Shown here: one piece after another, positions 1 through 10,037 of the stretch | How the letters are laid out: the number at the start of each line of letters is the position of its first letter | How positions within the stretch are numbered: the first letter of the stretch is position 1 | DNA from: an uncultured Bacillales bacterium | GTDB taxonomy: Bacteria > Bacillota_I > Bacilli_A > RFN20 > CAG-826 | Assembly: GCA_905197045.1 (NCBI GenBank) | Contig: CAJJXG010000001.1 | Coordinates: 96,338-160,337, forward strand | Direction of reading: 5' to 3' | Length of the DNA: 64,000 nt | The notes under the pieces: model-generated | The model's input: the letters and a program-made list of their open reading frames with translations, nothing else | Told to the model about the DNA's origin: nothing | Databases searched by the model: none | Position numbers and translations under genes: made by a program

Positions 1-2
1 AT

Positions 3-158
3 GAAAAAGTTATTTATTCAGAAGACGGAAAAAGCAAACTCACTATTGTAAAAAGTGATGTTATCCCAGTTAAAAAGAAAACGAGGTCGAAAAAACTACC
101 AAAAAAGGAAAGTGTTGAAAACGAAGAAAACAAAAACGAATTAACCGAAGTTAAATAA
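3..158 (+). CDS. C-terminal fragment (partial at window edge) of an unidentified protein with a Lys/Glu-rich tail
   Basis: Open frame runs from the window edge to TAA at 156-158 (..SEDGKSKLTIVKSDVIPVKKK..ENEENKNELTEVK*). It is convergent with the dehydrogenase gene. No similarity recognised. Confidence 0.25.
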   Translation, partial: EKVIYSEDGKSKLTIVKSDVIPVKKKTRSKKLPKKESVENEENKNELTEVK

Positions 159-1104
159 TTTTATTCTTAATTTTTCCTTCTAAATAAGAGTAGAGATTTG
201 AAAAGGCAATCTCTGCTCTTTTTTTCATAGCTTCTTTAGTCATATAGCCGATATGAGGAGAAAGCAAAACATTATCAAGTTTTAATAATTCATTATCTTT
301 ACTTAATGGTGGTTCTATTGAAAATACGTCTAAGGCCGCCCCTTTAATTTTCTTTTCTTTCAAAGCATTAATAAGAGCACTTTCATCAACTATTCCACCT
401 CTTGCAGTATTTATTAAATAAGCTGTTGGCTTCATTAAAGCGATTTCTCGTTCACCAATTAAGTTTTTAGTTTCATCATTTAAAGGTAAAGTTAAACAGA
501 TAAAGTCACTTTTAGACATTATGTCTTTTAAATCAACATAAGTTACACCTTTTGAGACAATATTTTTCTTTATTGTTTTACTATAAGCTAAAACTCTTAA
601 ATTAAATGGTTGAAGTAAATCAATTAAACAAGCTCCAATCTTTCCGGTTCCAATGACACCCACTACTTTTGTATCTAATTCTTCGCCTAATTGATTGTTA
701 TGAGTTTTGGATTTTCTAACTTTAGTATCGTTTGCCTTTATGTCACGCAATAAAGAAAGAATAAATGCTAAATTTAATTCGGCAACAGCTTCGGTAGCAT
801 ATCCACTGCAATTTGAAACATTTATTTTGTTCGCTTTACAAAATTCTAATGGAATATGGTCATAACCAGTAAAAGCAACATCAATATATTTTAAGTTTTT
901 GGCTTGTTTTAATACTTCTTCACTGAGTTTTGTATTGTCGGTGATTAAAATATCAGCATCTTTAATTCTTTTTACAATTTCTTCATCATTACGTGGCTTT
1001 CTTAAATAATATGTAAAAGTATGACCTAAACTCGCTAAATCCTTTTTAACGCCTTCATATAGGCCGGGGTTAATTAAAAGATCATTTAATAATACTATTT
1101 TCAT
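151..1104 (-). CDS. D-isomer-specific 2-hydroxyacid dehydrogenase family protein (glycerate / phosphoglycerate dehydrogenase-like)
   Basis: 317-aa ORF. NAD-binding Rossmann motif GVIGTGKIG. Catalytic-domain pattern ..R..H..S..G typical of the D-2-hydroxyacid dehydrogenase family. Confidence 0.8.
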   Translation of the reverse strand: MKIVLLNDLLINPGLYEGVKKDLASLGHTFTYYLRKPRNDEEIVKRIKDADILITDNTKLSEEVLKQAKNLKYIDVAFTGYDHIPLEFCKANKINVSNCSGYATEAVAELNLAFILSLLRDIKANDTKVRKSKTHNNQLGEELDTKVVGVIGTGKIGACLIDLLQPFNLRVLAYSKTIKKNIVSKGVTYVDLKDIMSKSDFICLTLPLNDETKNLIGEREIALMKPTAYLINTARGGIVDESALINALKEKKIKGAALDVFSIEPPLSKDNELLKLDNVLLSPHIGYMTKEAMKKRAEIAFSNLYSYLEGKIKNKII

Positions 1105-1694
1105 CTTGATACACCTGTTAATTCAACAAAATGAGGCAAACTTTCGCACCATTCACAAAATACATGCCATTCTTTTAACTTATGATATCTTCTTTGTAAA
1201 TACATAGTTTTTAATTGTTGATAATTGGTTACCATGGTCGATCCAAGGCAAAATCCACAAGGAGTTGACGCAACAAGTTCTCTCCATTTAGCGACTTTTT
1301 TCTCTTTATCTTCTTCTGGAATAGCATTATATTCATCTTTAATTTTCTCAACAATTTTTAAAACTTCCTTGTTTGTATCGCTTACACATTGATTTGCAAT
1401 ATCAAATTTTAATAAACAATGCATTGTTGATTGTGAAGAAACATATTCAAAAAAATGATAACGTTGAGCTTGTTTCCACCAATAAAGAGGCGCCGTAATA
1501 TCAAACTCTACTACAATCCCTTTTAAGAAGTTGTCGTGCCCTTCTCCAGGATGACATTTTCCTAATTTTCCAGCTCTAGAAAAGTCTTTTTCATTTGTTT
1601 CGCTTCTATCAAGAGCAGTTCTCATTGGGTTTCCGCTTGCCTTAACAGCAAACTCAAGCCCGTAAACATTTGTTTTACCGATATTAAAATCCAT
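1101..1694 (-). CDS. divergent ThyX-like (flavin-dependent thymidylate synthase fold) protein; function uncertain
   Basis: 197-aa ORF, translationally coupled to both neighbours (4-bp and 2-bp spacing). Central region ..IVVEFDITAPLYWWKQAQRYHFFEYVSSQS.. aligns to the ThyX core ..[33 protein letters not shown].., but RHR is replaced by RYH. C-terminus is Cys-rich (CGFC, CEWCE). Confidence 0.5.
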   Translation of the reverse strand: MDFNIGKTNVYGLEFAVKASGNPMRTALDRSETNEKDFSRAGKLGKCHPGEGHDNFLKGIVVEFDITAPLYWWKQAQRYHFFEYVSSQSTMHCLLKFDIANQCVSDTNKEVLKIVEKIKDEYNAIPEEDKEKKVAKWRELVASTPCGFCLGSTMVTNYQQLKTMYLQRRYHKLKEWHVFCEWCESLPHFVELTGVSR

Positions 1695-1695
1695 A

Positions 1696-2487
1696 TTATT
1701 TACATGCCTCCACTAAATTTATTAATAAAGCAAGCCTAGTTAATAAACCTACTCCGCCAGGCACAGGCGATTGGAATTTTACTGGTAAGCCTTTTTCACA
1801 ATCTCCTGTTAATTTATTGTTTTCATCTCGATTAATTCCTACATCTATTACGTAGGCACCATCTTTAAAATTAAAAGATTTATCTAAAAAGTTTCTTCTC
1901 CCAACAGCAACAATAATCAAATCAGCACTCGAAACAAATTTCTTTAGCTCATTAAGTGGTGTTTTAGAGTGAGCGACTGTAACAGTCATGTCTTTATTTA
2001 ATAAAAGTTTTGCCATAGGCTTTCCAACAATATTGCTTCTTCCAATAACTAAAGCGTTTTTGCCTTTAAACTCATAACCAGAATCACTCAAAAAAGTAAT
2101 TATTCCATTTGGTGTAGCACTAACAAATTTGGTTAAAGGATTAAAGCCATCTAGGTCTTTTTTTGGATCAATGGCAAGTTTTATTTTTTCCTCAGAAATG
2201 TGTTTAGGTAAAGGAAGTTGAACAATAAAACCATCTATGGCAGAATCATTATTTGTTTTTTCAATTTCTTTAAGTAAATCCGCTTCACTTATTGTATCTG
2301 GTAGTTTCTCTAAAATAGCATCACAGCCAATTTCGTTAACATCTTTTATTTTTCCTTTAATGTAGCTATTAGAGGCATAATCATCATTAACCTGTATGAT
2401 TTTAATTACAGGTTTCTTTTTTAACATGAGAACCGATTTAGCCAGCTCTTCTTTTTTTGCTACTACATATTCTTTTATCGTCAACAT
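1696..2487 (-). CDS. folD: bifunctional methylenetetrahydrofolate dehydrogenase / methenyl-THF cyclohydrolase
   Basis: 263 aa. FolD signature GRSNIVGKPMAKLLL and overall architecture. Confidence 0.9.
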   Translation of the reverse strand: MLTIKEYVVAKKEELAKSVLMLKKKPVIKIIQVNDDYASNSYIKGKIKDVNEIGCDAILEKLPDTISEADLLKEIEKTNNDSAIDGFIVQLPLPKHISEEKIKLAIDPKKDLDGFNPLTKFVSATPNGIITFLSDSGYEFKGKNALVIGRSNIVGKPMAKLLLNKDMTVTVAHSKTPLNELKKFVSSADLIIVAVGRRNFLDKSFNFKDGAYVIDVGINRDENNKLTGDCEKGLPVKFQSPVPGGVGLLTRLALLINLVEACK

Positions 2488-2566
2488 ATTTAAAAATTAT
2501 TCACACAAAAAATTATAGAAAATCTATACATATTTTAATACGAAATAAAATTTCTATAAAACAATA

Positions 2567-2884
2567 TTAAATAATTGAGAAATATTGAAGAAGGTTGGTA
2601 AAAACAGCAATTGCAGTTGTTGTCCCTTCGGTTGTGCCTTCATCTGTTGCTGGAGCAGAAGTCAAAGAGGTTGAAAGCAATGCTAAAAACAGAAAAACAA
2701 TACCAAATCCTAAAGTAAGCATCGAGACAATTTTCTCACTCCCTCTTTCTTTGGTTTTGACGAAAACGTTTAAGCCGCCGCCAGTAATAGCACCGGAAGC
2801 ACCTTCACTTTTACCACCTTGAAGAAGTCCTAAGACTATAACAATAAAAGCGATAACCCAGAATATATAATCATACCATTGCAT
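2567..2884 (-). CDS. secG: preprotein translocase subunit SecG
   Basis: 105 aa with two TM segments. LLQGGKSEG..GGG...ERGSEK pattern typical of SecG. SD GGAGG 8 nt upstream. Confidence 0.8.
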   Translation of the reverse strand: MQWYDYIFWVIAFIVIVLGLLQGGKSEGASGAITGGGLNVFVKTKERGSEKIVSMLTLGFGIVFLFLALLSTSLTSAPATDEGTTEGTTTAIAVFTNLLQYFSII

Positions 2885-2905
2885 TCAACATTTCCTCCAA
2901 GCGAT

Positions 2906-2929
2906 GTATATATGTTAAAACATATATAC
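2906..2929 (-). promoter_or_regulatory. perfect 11-bp inverted repeat (GTATATATGTT aa AACATATATAC) in the secG 5' leader, 8 nt upstream of the SD; candidate operator or RNA hairpin
   Basis: Arms at 2906-2916 and 2919-2929 are exact reverse complements. The repeat lies between the putative secG promoter and the RBS. Confidence 0.4.
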
Positions 2930-2959
2930 AAAAAAGACAATAAACGTATTTTTCTAAAA

Positions 2960-2987
2960 ATTATAAAACGAGAAAGGAAAAATCCAA
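2960..2987 (-). promoter_or_regulatory. putative sigma-A-type promoter of secG
   Basis: On the minus strand TTGGAT (2982-2987), a 16-nt spacer, then TATAAT (2960-2965). Confidence 0.35.
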
Positions 2988-3059
2988 GTAATTTTTAACT
3001 CTTCCAAGATTTATAATGTGATCATTTATTCAATAAAATACTTAAGTTTTAAAGGCTTT

Positions 3060-5039
3060 TTAGTTTAATTCGGCTTTTAACTCAAACATAATATCTCTAA
3101 GCTTAATCGCTTTTTCGAAATCAAATTCCTTTGAAGCCTTATACATTTCCTTTTCGACTTCTTTAATTTTTCTTTGCAATTCTTTCTTTGTTAATTTAGC
3201 TTTAGAGTTAACTAATTCTTCTGCTTCAGTCTCAGTATTGTGGATTGGAGCTTGAATAGGCTTAACAATTGTGGTTGGAATAATTCCATTTTCATCGTTA
3301 TATTTTGATTGAATTTCGCGACGACGATTAGTTTCCTCAATACACTCTTGCATCGACTTAGTAATTGTATCTGCATACATAATCGCTTTACCGTTACTAT
3401 TTCTTGCTGCTCTACCTACAACTTGAATTAAACTTCGAGTACTTCTTAAAAATCCTTCTTTATCAGCATCTAAAATCGCAATTAAAGAAACTTCAGGAAT
3501 ATCAAGGCCTTCTCTTAAAAGATTAATACCTACTAAAACGTCATACTTACCTTTTCTTAATTGATAAATAATTTCGCTTCTTTCAAGTGTTTTGCATTCA
3601 CTATGCAGATAAACAGTTTTTATATCCCTATCTTTTAAGTAAGCAGTTAAATCCTCAGCAGTTTTAATTGTTAAAGTAACAACCATTACTCGTTCATGAT
3701 TTTCGATACGCTTTTTAATTTCACTTATTAAGTCATCTATCTGACCTAAAGTAGGTCTTACTTCTATTTCAGGATCAAGAAGGCCTGTAGGACGAATAAT
3801 TTGCTCAACATATTTGCCGCCAGTGTGACTTAATTCATAATCTCCTGGTGTTGCGCTTGTACAAATAACTTGGTTTATCTCACCTTCAAACTCCTCAAAA
3901 TTTAAAGGTCTATTATCTAATGCGCTAGGTAAACGAAAACCATATTCAACAAGCGTAACTTTTCTTGAATGATCGCCATTATACATTCCACGAACTTGAG
4001 GGAAACTGACATGACTTTCATCAACAATAAGTAAATAATCTTTTGGGAAATAATCCATTAAGCAAAAAGGTTTTTGGCCTGGTTTACGATTATCGATATG
4101 ACGAGAATAATTCTCAATTCCAGGACAAATTCCAAACTCCTCAAGAGAAGCGACGTCTTGCTTTGTTCTCATTTCAATTCTTTCTTTTTCTAAAGGCTTA
4201 CCCTCTTTTTCAAAATAGGCAACTCTATCTTCTAGTTCAGCTAAAATTGATTTACAAGCTCTTAGAATATTTTCTCTTGTTGCCGCATGATCATAAGCAG
4301 GAAATAAATCATAATAATGGTACTTTTCGATGATTTCGCCTGTTAAATAATTACACTTAGCAATTGTTTCAACTTCATCACCAAAACAATCAATTCTAAT
4401 ATACCAATCATCACTATTTGCAGGCATAATATCGATTAAATCACCATGAACCCTAAATCTACCCGGCGACAATTCAATATCATTTCTTTTATATTGCGAA
4501 TTTAATAATTTACCAAAAAATTCTTTTCTATCGATTTCTTCACCAACTCTAACATCAAAAACAAGTTTCTTATACTCATCTGGATCTGTAAGTCCATAAA
4601 TCGAGGCAACTGATGCTACAACAATCGTATCTCTTCTACTAACAATAGAGTTAACTGCACTAACCCTCATCATTTCAATTTCTTCATTCATCAAGGCAGA
4701 TTTATCTATATAAGTGTCAGTTGATGGTATGTAAGCTTCTGGTTGATAAAAATCAAAATTAGAAACGAAATATTCAACACGATTTTCTGGGAATAATTCT
4801 TTCATTTCGGCATACAATTGGCCAGCTAAAGTTTTATTATGAACCAAAATTAAAGTTGGCTTTTGAACTTTTTCTATAACATTGGCCATTGTAAAAGTCT
4901 TGCCTGTGCCTGTTGCTCCAAGCAATACTTGGTATTTCTTTCCATTATTTAAACCTTCAACCAATTCTTTAATTGCAGTTGGCTGATCGCCAGTTGGTTT
5001 AAATTCACTATGTATTACAAAAGGTTTACTTTCGTTCAT
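3060..5039 (-). CDS. uvrB: excinuclease ABC subunit B
   Basis: 659 aa. Walker A GATGTGKT, helicase motifs, and a C-terminal UvrB/UvrC interaction coiled-coil. Confidence 0.95.
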   Translation of the reverse strand: MNESKPFVIHSEFKPTGDQPTAIKELVEGLNNGKKYQVLLGATGTGKTFTMANVIEKVQKPTLILVHNKTLAGQLYAEMKELFPENRVEYFVSNFDFYQPEAYIPSTDTYIDKSALMNEEIEMMRVSAVNSIVSRRDTIVVASVASIYGLTDPDEYKKLVFDVRVGEEIDRKEFFGKLLNSQYKRNDIELSPGRFRVHGDLIDIMPANSDDWYIRIDCFGDEVETIAKCNYLTGEIIEKYHYYDLFPAYDHAATRENILRACKSILAELEDRVAYFEKEGKPLEKERIEMRTKQDVASLEEFGICPGIENYSRHIDNRKPGQKPFCLMDYFPKDYLLIVDESHVSFPQVRGMYNGDHSRKVTLVEYGFRLPSALDNRPLNFEEFEGEINQVICTSATPGDYELSHTGGKYVEQIIRPTGLLDPEIEVRPTLGQIDDLISEIKKRIENHERVMVVTLTIKTAEDLTAYLKDRDIKTVYLHSECKTLERSEIIYQLRKGKYDVLVGINLLREGLDIPEVSLIAILDADKEGFLRSTRSLIQVVGRAARNSNGKAIMYADTITKSMQECIEETNRRREIQSKYNDENGIIPTTIVKPIQAPIHNTETEAEELVNSKAKLTKKELQRKIKEVEKEMYKASKEFDFEKAIKLRDIMFELKAELN

Positions 5040-6120
5040 CTTCTTTTTCTATTTTTTCAGCTTCTTGAGCTGTTTTTTCATCACTTTTTCTTGTTTTAAT
5101 CTTGGACTTTAAGCTCTTCAAATATCTTTGAGATGAATTTAAATTCATGTTTTCAAAGCCTTCGCCACCTGTAAAAAGTGTTTGGTAAAAAGTGCAAAAT
5201 GCTTTTGGATCAATCCTTGCGATAGCATTTCTTATCTTATTATAATCTCTACGAGAAAAAACAATTCTGACCATTGTCTTTTCTTCTTTTGAATAAGCGC
5301 CAATAACTTTTGAAATCGTTGCGCTTCTATCTAATTCTTTAATAGCAAACTGTGAAATTTCATCAACCTTATCAGTGACAATGTCAACACAATATGCACT
5401 TGTTTGGCCGCTGTATATAATTTCAACCATAAGTGAACAAATAAAGGCTGAGATGATACCGACTAATCCACCAATTAATGCAATACTATTGCCTTTTGTT
5501 AAGTCGATAATTATACCAATTAAAACAATTCCACCATCAAATAAGAAAAATGGGATTGATTCTTTAACGCCGGTAAATTTACTAACAATAAATGTTAGGA
5601 TGTCGATTCCTCCTGTTGAACCACCACCATGAAAAGTTATGGAACAGCCAACTCCAACTAGCATTCCGCCAAGTAAACCAATAACTAATAAAAACCCGGC
5701 GTTAACAGCTTCTAAACTCGATAGGTTTGTTATAATCCCGTTTTCTAAAATATAATTACTATTCGCACCTAGCAAAACATCTAAAAACTCAGGCAATAAA
5801 CTAGTTCTTAAGAAAATCGATATAAAAATTGGATAAAAAATAGTTGAGATTAGTGAGGAAATCGTAAATTTAAAGCCTAATAATATTAAACCTAATACAA
5901 AAAGTGCCCAGTTTAATATGTAACTCATTATGTCAGGAGCAATAAATTCAGCGGTTAAAATTGTAATACCACTAACTCCACCACTTATAATTGAAAAAGG
6001 AATTAAGAAAAAGGCATTTCCGGCACTAACAATAAAAGTGCCGATTAAGAGCAATGATAAACTACGAATATTTCTTTTTAAATTGTCTTTTTGAAAAAAT
6101 GTTTTTACATAGTTAGGCAC
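5026..6120 (-). CDS. YitT-family membrane protein (DUF161 membrane domain plus C-terminal DUF2179 / PII-like domain) with a Lys/Glu-rich C-terminal tail
   Basis: 364 aa, multiple TM helices with GG-rich segments ([20 protein letters not shown]), followed by a soluble domain and a [27 protein letters not shown] tail. Confidence 0.75.
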   Translation of the reverse strand: MPNYVKTFFQKDNLKRNIRSLSLLLIGTFIVSAGNAFFLIPFSIISGGVSGITILTAEFIAPDIMSYILNWALFVLGLILLGFKFTISSLISTIFYPIFISIFLRTSLLPEFLDVLLGANSNYILENGIITNLSSLEAVNAGFLLVIGLLGGMLVGVGCSITFHGGGSTGGIDILTFIVSKFTGVKESIPFFLFDGGIVLIGIIIDLTKGNSIALIGGLVGIISAFICSLMVEIIYSGQTSAYCVDIVTDKVDEISQFAIKELDRSATISKVIGAYSKEEKTMVRIVFSRRDYNKIRNAIARIDPKAFCTFYQTLFTGGEGFENMNLNSSQRYLKSLKSKIKTRKSDEKTAQEAEKIEKEDERK

Positions 6121-7223
6121 CCTTTTTTGCCTCCTCTTTTAGATATGAGAAGATGAATCCTTCAATATATCCATCCATAACTTTATTCACTTGTGTGTCT
6201 TCATAACCTGTTCTGTTATCCTTGACTAAAGTGTATGGGCAAAAAACATAGCTCCTAATTTGAGAACCCCATTCTATATTTTTTTGTTCACCTACTATCC
6301 CTTTTAACTTATTCTTTCTTTCCTCTTCTTGACGTGCAAAAAGTTGCGATTTAAGCATATTCATTGCCAATTCTCTATTTTTTAGCTGAGTTCTTTCAAC
6401 CTGGCAAGAAACCACAATTCCAGTTGGAATGTGTGTAATTCGCACAGCGGTTTCAACTTTATTAACGTTTTGACCGCCAGCTCCACCAGATCTATATGTA
6501 TCAATTTTTAAATCGGCAGGATTAATTTCAACATGAACTGTTTCATCAAATTGAGGAATAACGTTTACACTAGCAAAGCTTGTATGACGTCTAGCGTTTG
6601 CATCAAAAGGAGATATTCTAACGAGTCTATGGACTCCTTTCTCCCCTTTAAGCATTCCATAGGCATACTTTCCTTCAATTAATAAAGTAACGCTTTTTAC
6701 TCCAGCCTCTTCACCAGGTAAATAGTCTAAAACCTTGTATGAAAAATTTTCTAATTCACAAAATCTTTCATACATTCTTAAAAGCATATCAGCCCAATCA
6801 CAGGCTTCAGTTCCACCAGCTCCAGGATGTATTTGAATAACGCAATCTAAATTATCATATTCTCCACTAAACAAAACTAAAGTGTTTAACTCGTCTAAAT
6901 CTTTTTTAAGATCTTTAAAAGATGAAACGAGAAGATCCGACATCTCTTCATCATTAATATCTAAAGTTTCAGCTAATTCATTTAAATCTTTAATATTAGA
7001 ATCAAGTTTCTTATAGAGATTAATTTTATAAAGAATATCGTTTTTTTCGTCAATGATTTTAGAAGCTTCTCTTTGATTGTCCCAAAAATGTTCGGTTAAA
7101 GATAAAGCTTCTAATTCTTCAGCTTTTTTCGAAAGTTTATCTAAGTCAAAGAGAACTACCAAGCTGTACAATTTGCTCGGTAGCCTCTTTTAATTCGTTT
7201 TTAAATTCGTATAAATCAATCAT
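6113..7223 (-). CDS. prfB: peptide chain release factor 2, expressed via programmed +1 ribosomal frameshift
   Basis: ORF 6113..7171 is RF2 (GGQ motif [14 protein letters not shown]-containing domain). Upstream in another frame: SD GGAGG, ATG at 7223..7221, 25 codons ([25 protein letters not shown]), then CTT TGA C. The full product is about 369 aa. Confidence 0.9.
7146..7151 (-). other. programmed +1 frameshift site CUU UGA C of prfB
   Basis: Minus-strand sequence ..GGT AGT TCT CTT TGA CTT AGA.. After a +1 shift the reading continues as ..L D L D K L.., matching the RF2 body. Confidence 0.85.
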
Positions 7224-7234
7224 TTGATACCTCC

Positions 7235-9826
7235 TTAGTTGGTATGGATATCATCATATTCATGATCGACTGCTGCTTTTGCATTCTTATCAATATCAGT
7301 AATATTAAGATCTTTGCCAGTTTCCTTTGCAACGACTTTCATATTTTTAGTTTCTTCAACTGGTTTTTCTGGTTGATTATGTACATCGTTTTGAGCTTGT
7401 GTCTTTACAGCATAAGTTTCTTTATCATCAACTTTCTTTTGGACCTTAACATTTAATAAATTAAGAACAACTTCAAGAGAGATGGTTTCAAGCATATCTC
7501 TAAACATTGCCCAACCTTCATTAACATAATCTTGAAGAGGGTTAATTTGTCCATAACTTCTTAAAGATACAGATTCTCTAAAACGAGACATGTTATCAAT
7601 TTGTTGAGTCCAGTTTCTATCAATACATCTAAGAGTGATTTGTCTTTCAATTTGATCAGCAGTATCTTTGTCCCATTCACGGCGTTTAATTTGATAAGCA
7701 TTTGCTAAAACTTCACCAATATCTTCACCTGCTTCTTCAGGAGCTGCTTCATCATATAAATCCCAGTTTATAGCATTATCTTCCAAAAATCTTGGAACAG
7801 CTAAATCGTGTAATTTTTTAGCGCTTACAGTTCTATTAGTTTGTTCATCAAAAACGCTTCTCTTACATAAAGCAACACCACAATCTTTAAACGTGTCAGA
7901 TAATAATTCACTGATATCGCTTGCAAACAAAATTTGATCACGTTTAGCATACATAATTTGTCTTTGTTTACTCAAAACATCATCATAATCGAGAAGGTTT
8001 TTACGGACATCGAAGTTTTGACCTTCAATACGCTTTTGAGCACTTGTAATAGCACTGCTTAATAATCTACTTTCAATAGCTTCATCGCCATAATTAGCAA
8101 ATGATTTTCTTAAATTATCGCTAGCAAATCTAACCATTAATTCATCATCAAGAGAAACGTAGAATCTAGAAAAACCAGGATCGCCTTGACGTCCACTTCT
8201 ACCTCTTAATTGGTTATCAATACGTCTTGACTCGTGTCTTTCTAAGCCAAAAACACAAAGTCCACCCAATTCTCTAGTTTCAGGAGTTAATTTAATATCA
8301 GTTCCTCTACCAGCCATATTTGTGGCAAGAGTAATGTGATTTTTCTCCCCTGCATGAGATATGATTTCAGCTTCTCTAGCATGATTTTTAGCATTTAACA
8401 TTTCATATCTTAAACCAGCTTGATCAAGATATTTTGCAACTTCTTCTGATGCTTCAACACTAGGAGTACCGATTAAGATAGGTTGACCAAGTTTGTGTCT
8501 TTCAATAACTTCGTTAACTAAAGCTTTAATCTTGGCTTGTTTATTAGCAAAAATATAGTCTAATTCATCTTTTCTGATAACAGGTTTGTTTGGAGGAATA
8601 CAAACAACTTTCATGTTATAAATCTTTCTGAATTCTTCCTCTTCAGTTTTAGCTGTACCTGTCATACCAGCCATTTTCTTAAATAGTCTAAAGAAGTTTT
8701 GATAAGTTATAGTTGCTAAAGTAACTGTTTCTTCTTTAATTTTGACACCTTCTTTAGCTTGAATGGCTTGTTGTAAACCATCACTATATTCTCTACCTTT
8801 CAAAACACGTCCAGTAAATTGGTCAATAAGTTGAATAGTGTTGTCTTGATCGACAAGATATTCAACATCTCTTGCCATAATATAATTTGCTTTTAATGCT
8901 TGGTGAATTCTATGGACTAAATCTTGATATTGAGGAGCATATAAGTTAGCAATTCCAAAGGCTTTTTCGGCTTTATCAACACCTTTGTCAGTTAAAGAAC
9001 AAGACTTTGTCTTAATATCGACTACAAAATCGCCATCAGGAACATATTCTGGATGCTTTCTTTTATAATCTTCGTCAACATCAGTTGATCTTCTCAATCT
9101 TTTTACAAAACCATCAGCGATTTGGTATTGTGCCATTGAAGCTTTTGCGCCACCAGAAATAATAAGAGGTGTTCTTGATTCATCGATTAAAACACTGTCA
9201 GCTTCATCGACAATACAATAATTTAATCCTCTTAAAACTCTTTGTTGCTTGCTTGGAGCCATGTTATCTCTTAAGTAGTCAAAACCAAGTTCAGAGTTAA
9301 TCGTATAAGTAACATCACATTGATGGGCTTTTTGCTTTTCGCCTGTTGTTAAACTATGTAAGTTAACGCCAACAGTTAAACCAAGCCAACGATAAATTTG
9401 ACCCATTTCATTAGCGTCTCTTTGAGCCAAGTATTCATTGACTGTAACAACATATACGCCTTTGCCTTCAAGAGCATTTAAGTAAACAGGCATTGTAGCG
9501 GTTAAAGTTTTACCTTCACCGGTTTTCATTTCTGCAACATCGCCATCATTTAAAACAAGACCGCCTATAACTTGGCATTCAAAAGGATATAAACCTAAAA
9601 CTCTTCTAGCTGCTTCTCTACAAACAGCGAAAGCTTCTGTTTTGATATCAGATAAAGTTTCTCCTTTTTTAAGTCTATCTTTGAATTCGTTTGTTTTTGC
9701 TCTAAGTTGATCATCACTAAGCTTTTTCATGTCTTCAGCTAAAGCTAAGACTTTTTTTGCCTCTTTTACATACTTTTTTAAGATGTGTTGATCTACTCTA
9801 AAAATTTTCTCAATAACATTTCCCAT
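7235..9826 (-). CDS. secA: preprotein translocase ATPase SecA
   Basis: 863 aa. DEAD-like motor motifs (MKTGEGKT, DEADS) and conserved SecA domains. Confidence 0.95.
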   Translation of the reverse strand: MGNVIEKIFRVDQHILKKYVKEAKKVLALAEDMKKLSDDQLRAKTNEFKDRLKKGETLSDIKTEAFAVCREAARRVLGLYPFECQVIGGLVLNDGDVAEMKTGEGKTLTATMPVYLNALEGKGVYVVTVNEYLAQRDANEMGQIYRWLGLTVGVNLHSLTTGEKQKAHQCDVTYTINSELGFDYLRDNMAPSKQQRVLRGLNYCIVDEADSVLIDESRTPLIISGGAKASMAQYQIADGFVKRLRRSTDVDEDYKRKHPEYVPDGDFVVDIKTKSCSLTDKGVDKAEKAFGIANLYAPQYQDLVHRIHQALKANYIMARDVEYLVDQDNTIQLIDQFTGRVLKGREYSDGLQQAIQAKEGVKIKEETVTLATITYQNFFRLFKKMAGMTGTAKTEEEEFRKIYNMKVVCIPPNKPVIRKDELDYIFANKQAKIKALVNEVIERHKLGQPILIGTPSVEASEEVAKYLDQAGLRYEMLNAKNHAREAEIISHAGEKNHITLATNMAGRGTDIKLTPETRELGGLCVFGLERHESRRIDNQLRGRSGRQGDPGFSRFYVSLDDELMVRFASDNLRKSFANYGDEAIESRLLSSAITSAQKRIEGQNFDVRKNLLDYDDVLSKQRQIMYAKRDQILFASDISELLSDTFKDCGVALCKRSVFDEQTNRTVSAKKLHDLAVPRFLEDNAINWDLYDEAAPEEAGEDIGEVLANAYQIKRREWDKDTADQIERQITLRCIDRNWTQQIDNMSRFRESVSLRSYGQINPLQDYVNEGWAMFRDMLETISLEVVLNLLNVKVQKKVDDKETYAVKTQAQNDVHNQPEKPVEETKNMKVVAKETGKDLNITDIDKNAKAAVDHEYDDIHTN

Positions 9827-10013
9827 AATTTTATTTCCTACGCATTTAAAGATTTTAACATTATATATAATGTTATAAAAGGAATTTCACATGTTCTTGG
9901 TCCAATTTTAACCAATATTTTTAATGATTATTTTCTTTTTCGTGCTTTCAAAAAGTTTTAAAAGAAAAAGTAAATCGTTTAACGAAAAATAAAATTTAGT
10001 ATGAAAAAAATTG

Positions 10014-10033
10014 AAAACCCTGCAAATCTTAAA
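10014..10033 (+). repeat. copy 1 of a recurring intergenic motif (AAAACCCTGCAAATCTTAAA)
   Basis: See the finding on the AAAAACCTTGCAAAATCTAAG family. Lies just 3' of the comFC stop and about 190 nt upstream of the secA start. Confidence 0.4.
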
Positions 10034-10037
10034 TATT

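Noticed and set aside
2595-2822. 75-aa plus-strand ORF antisense to secG.
   Set aside because: Mirror-image ORF of a conserved membrane-protein gene. The product is a low-complexity Pro/Val repeat.
4043-4333. Short ORFs antisense to or embedded in large conserved genes (for example 4043..4333, 7244..7456, 17492..17696, 18283..18570, 60148..60425, 60601..60843).
   Set aside because: Low-complexity products, no start-site signals, entirely inside well-supported genes on the opposite strand or in another frame. Typical of AT-rich spurious ORFs.
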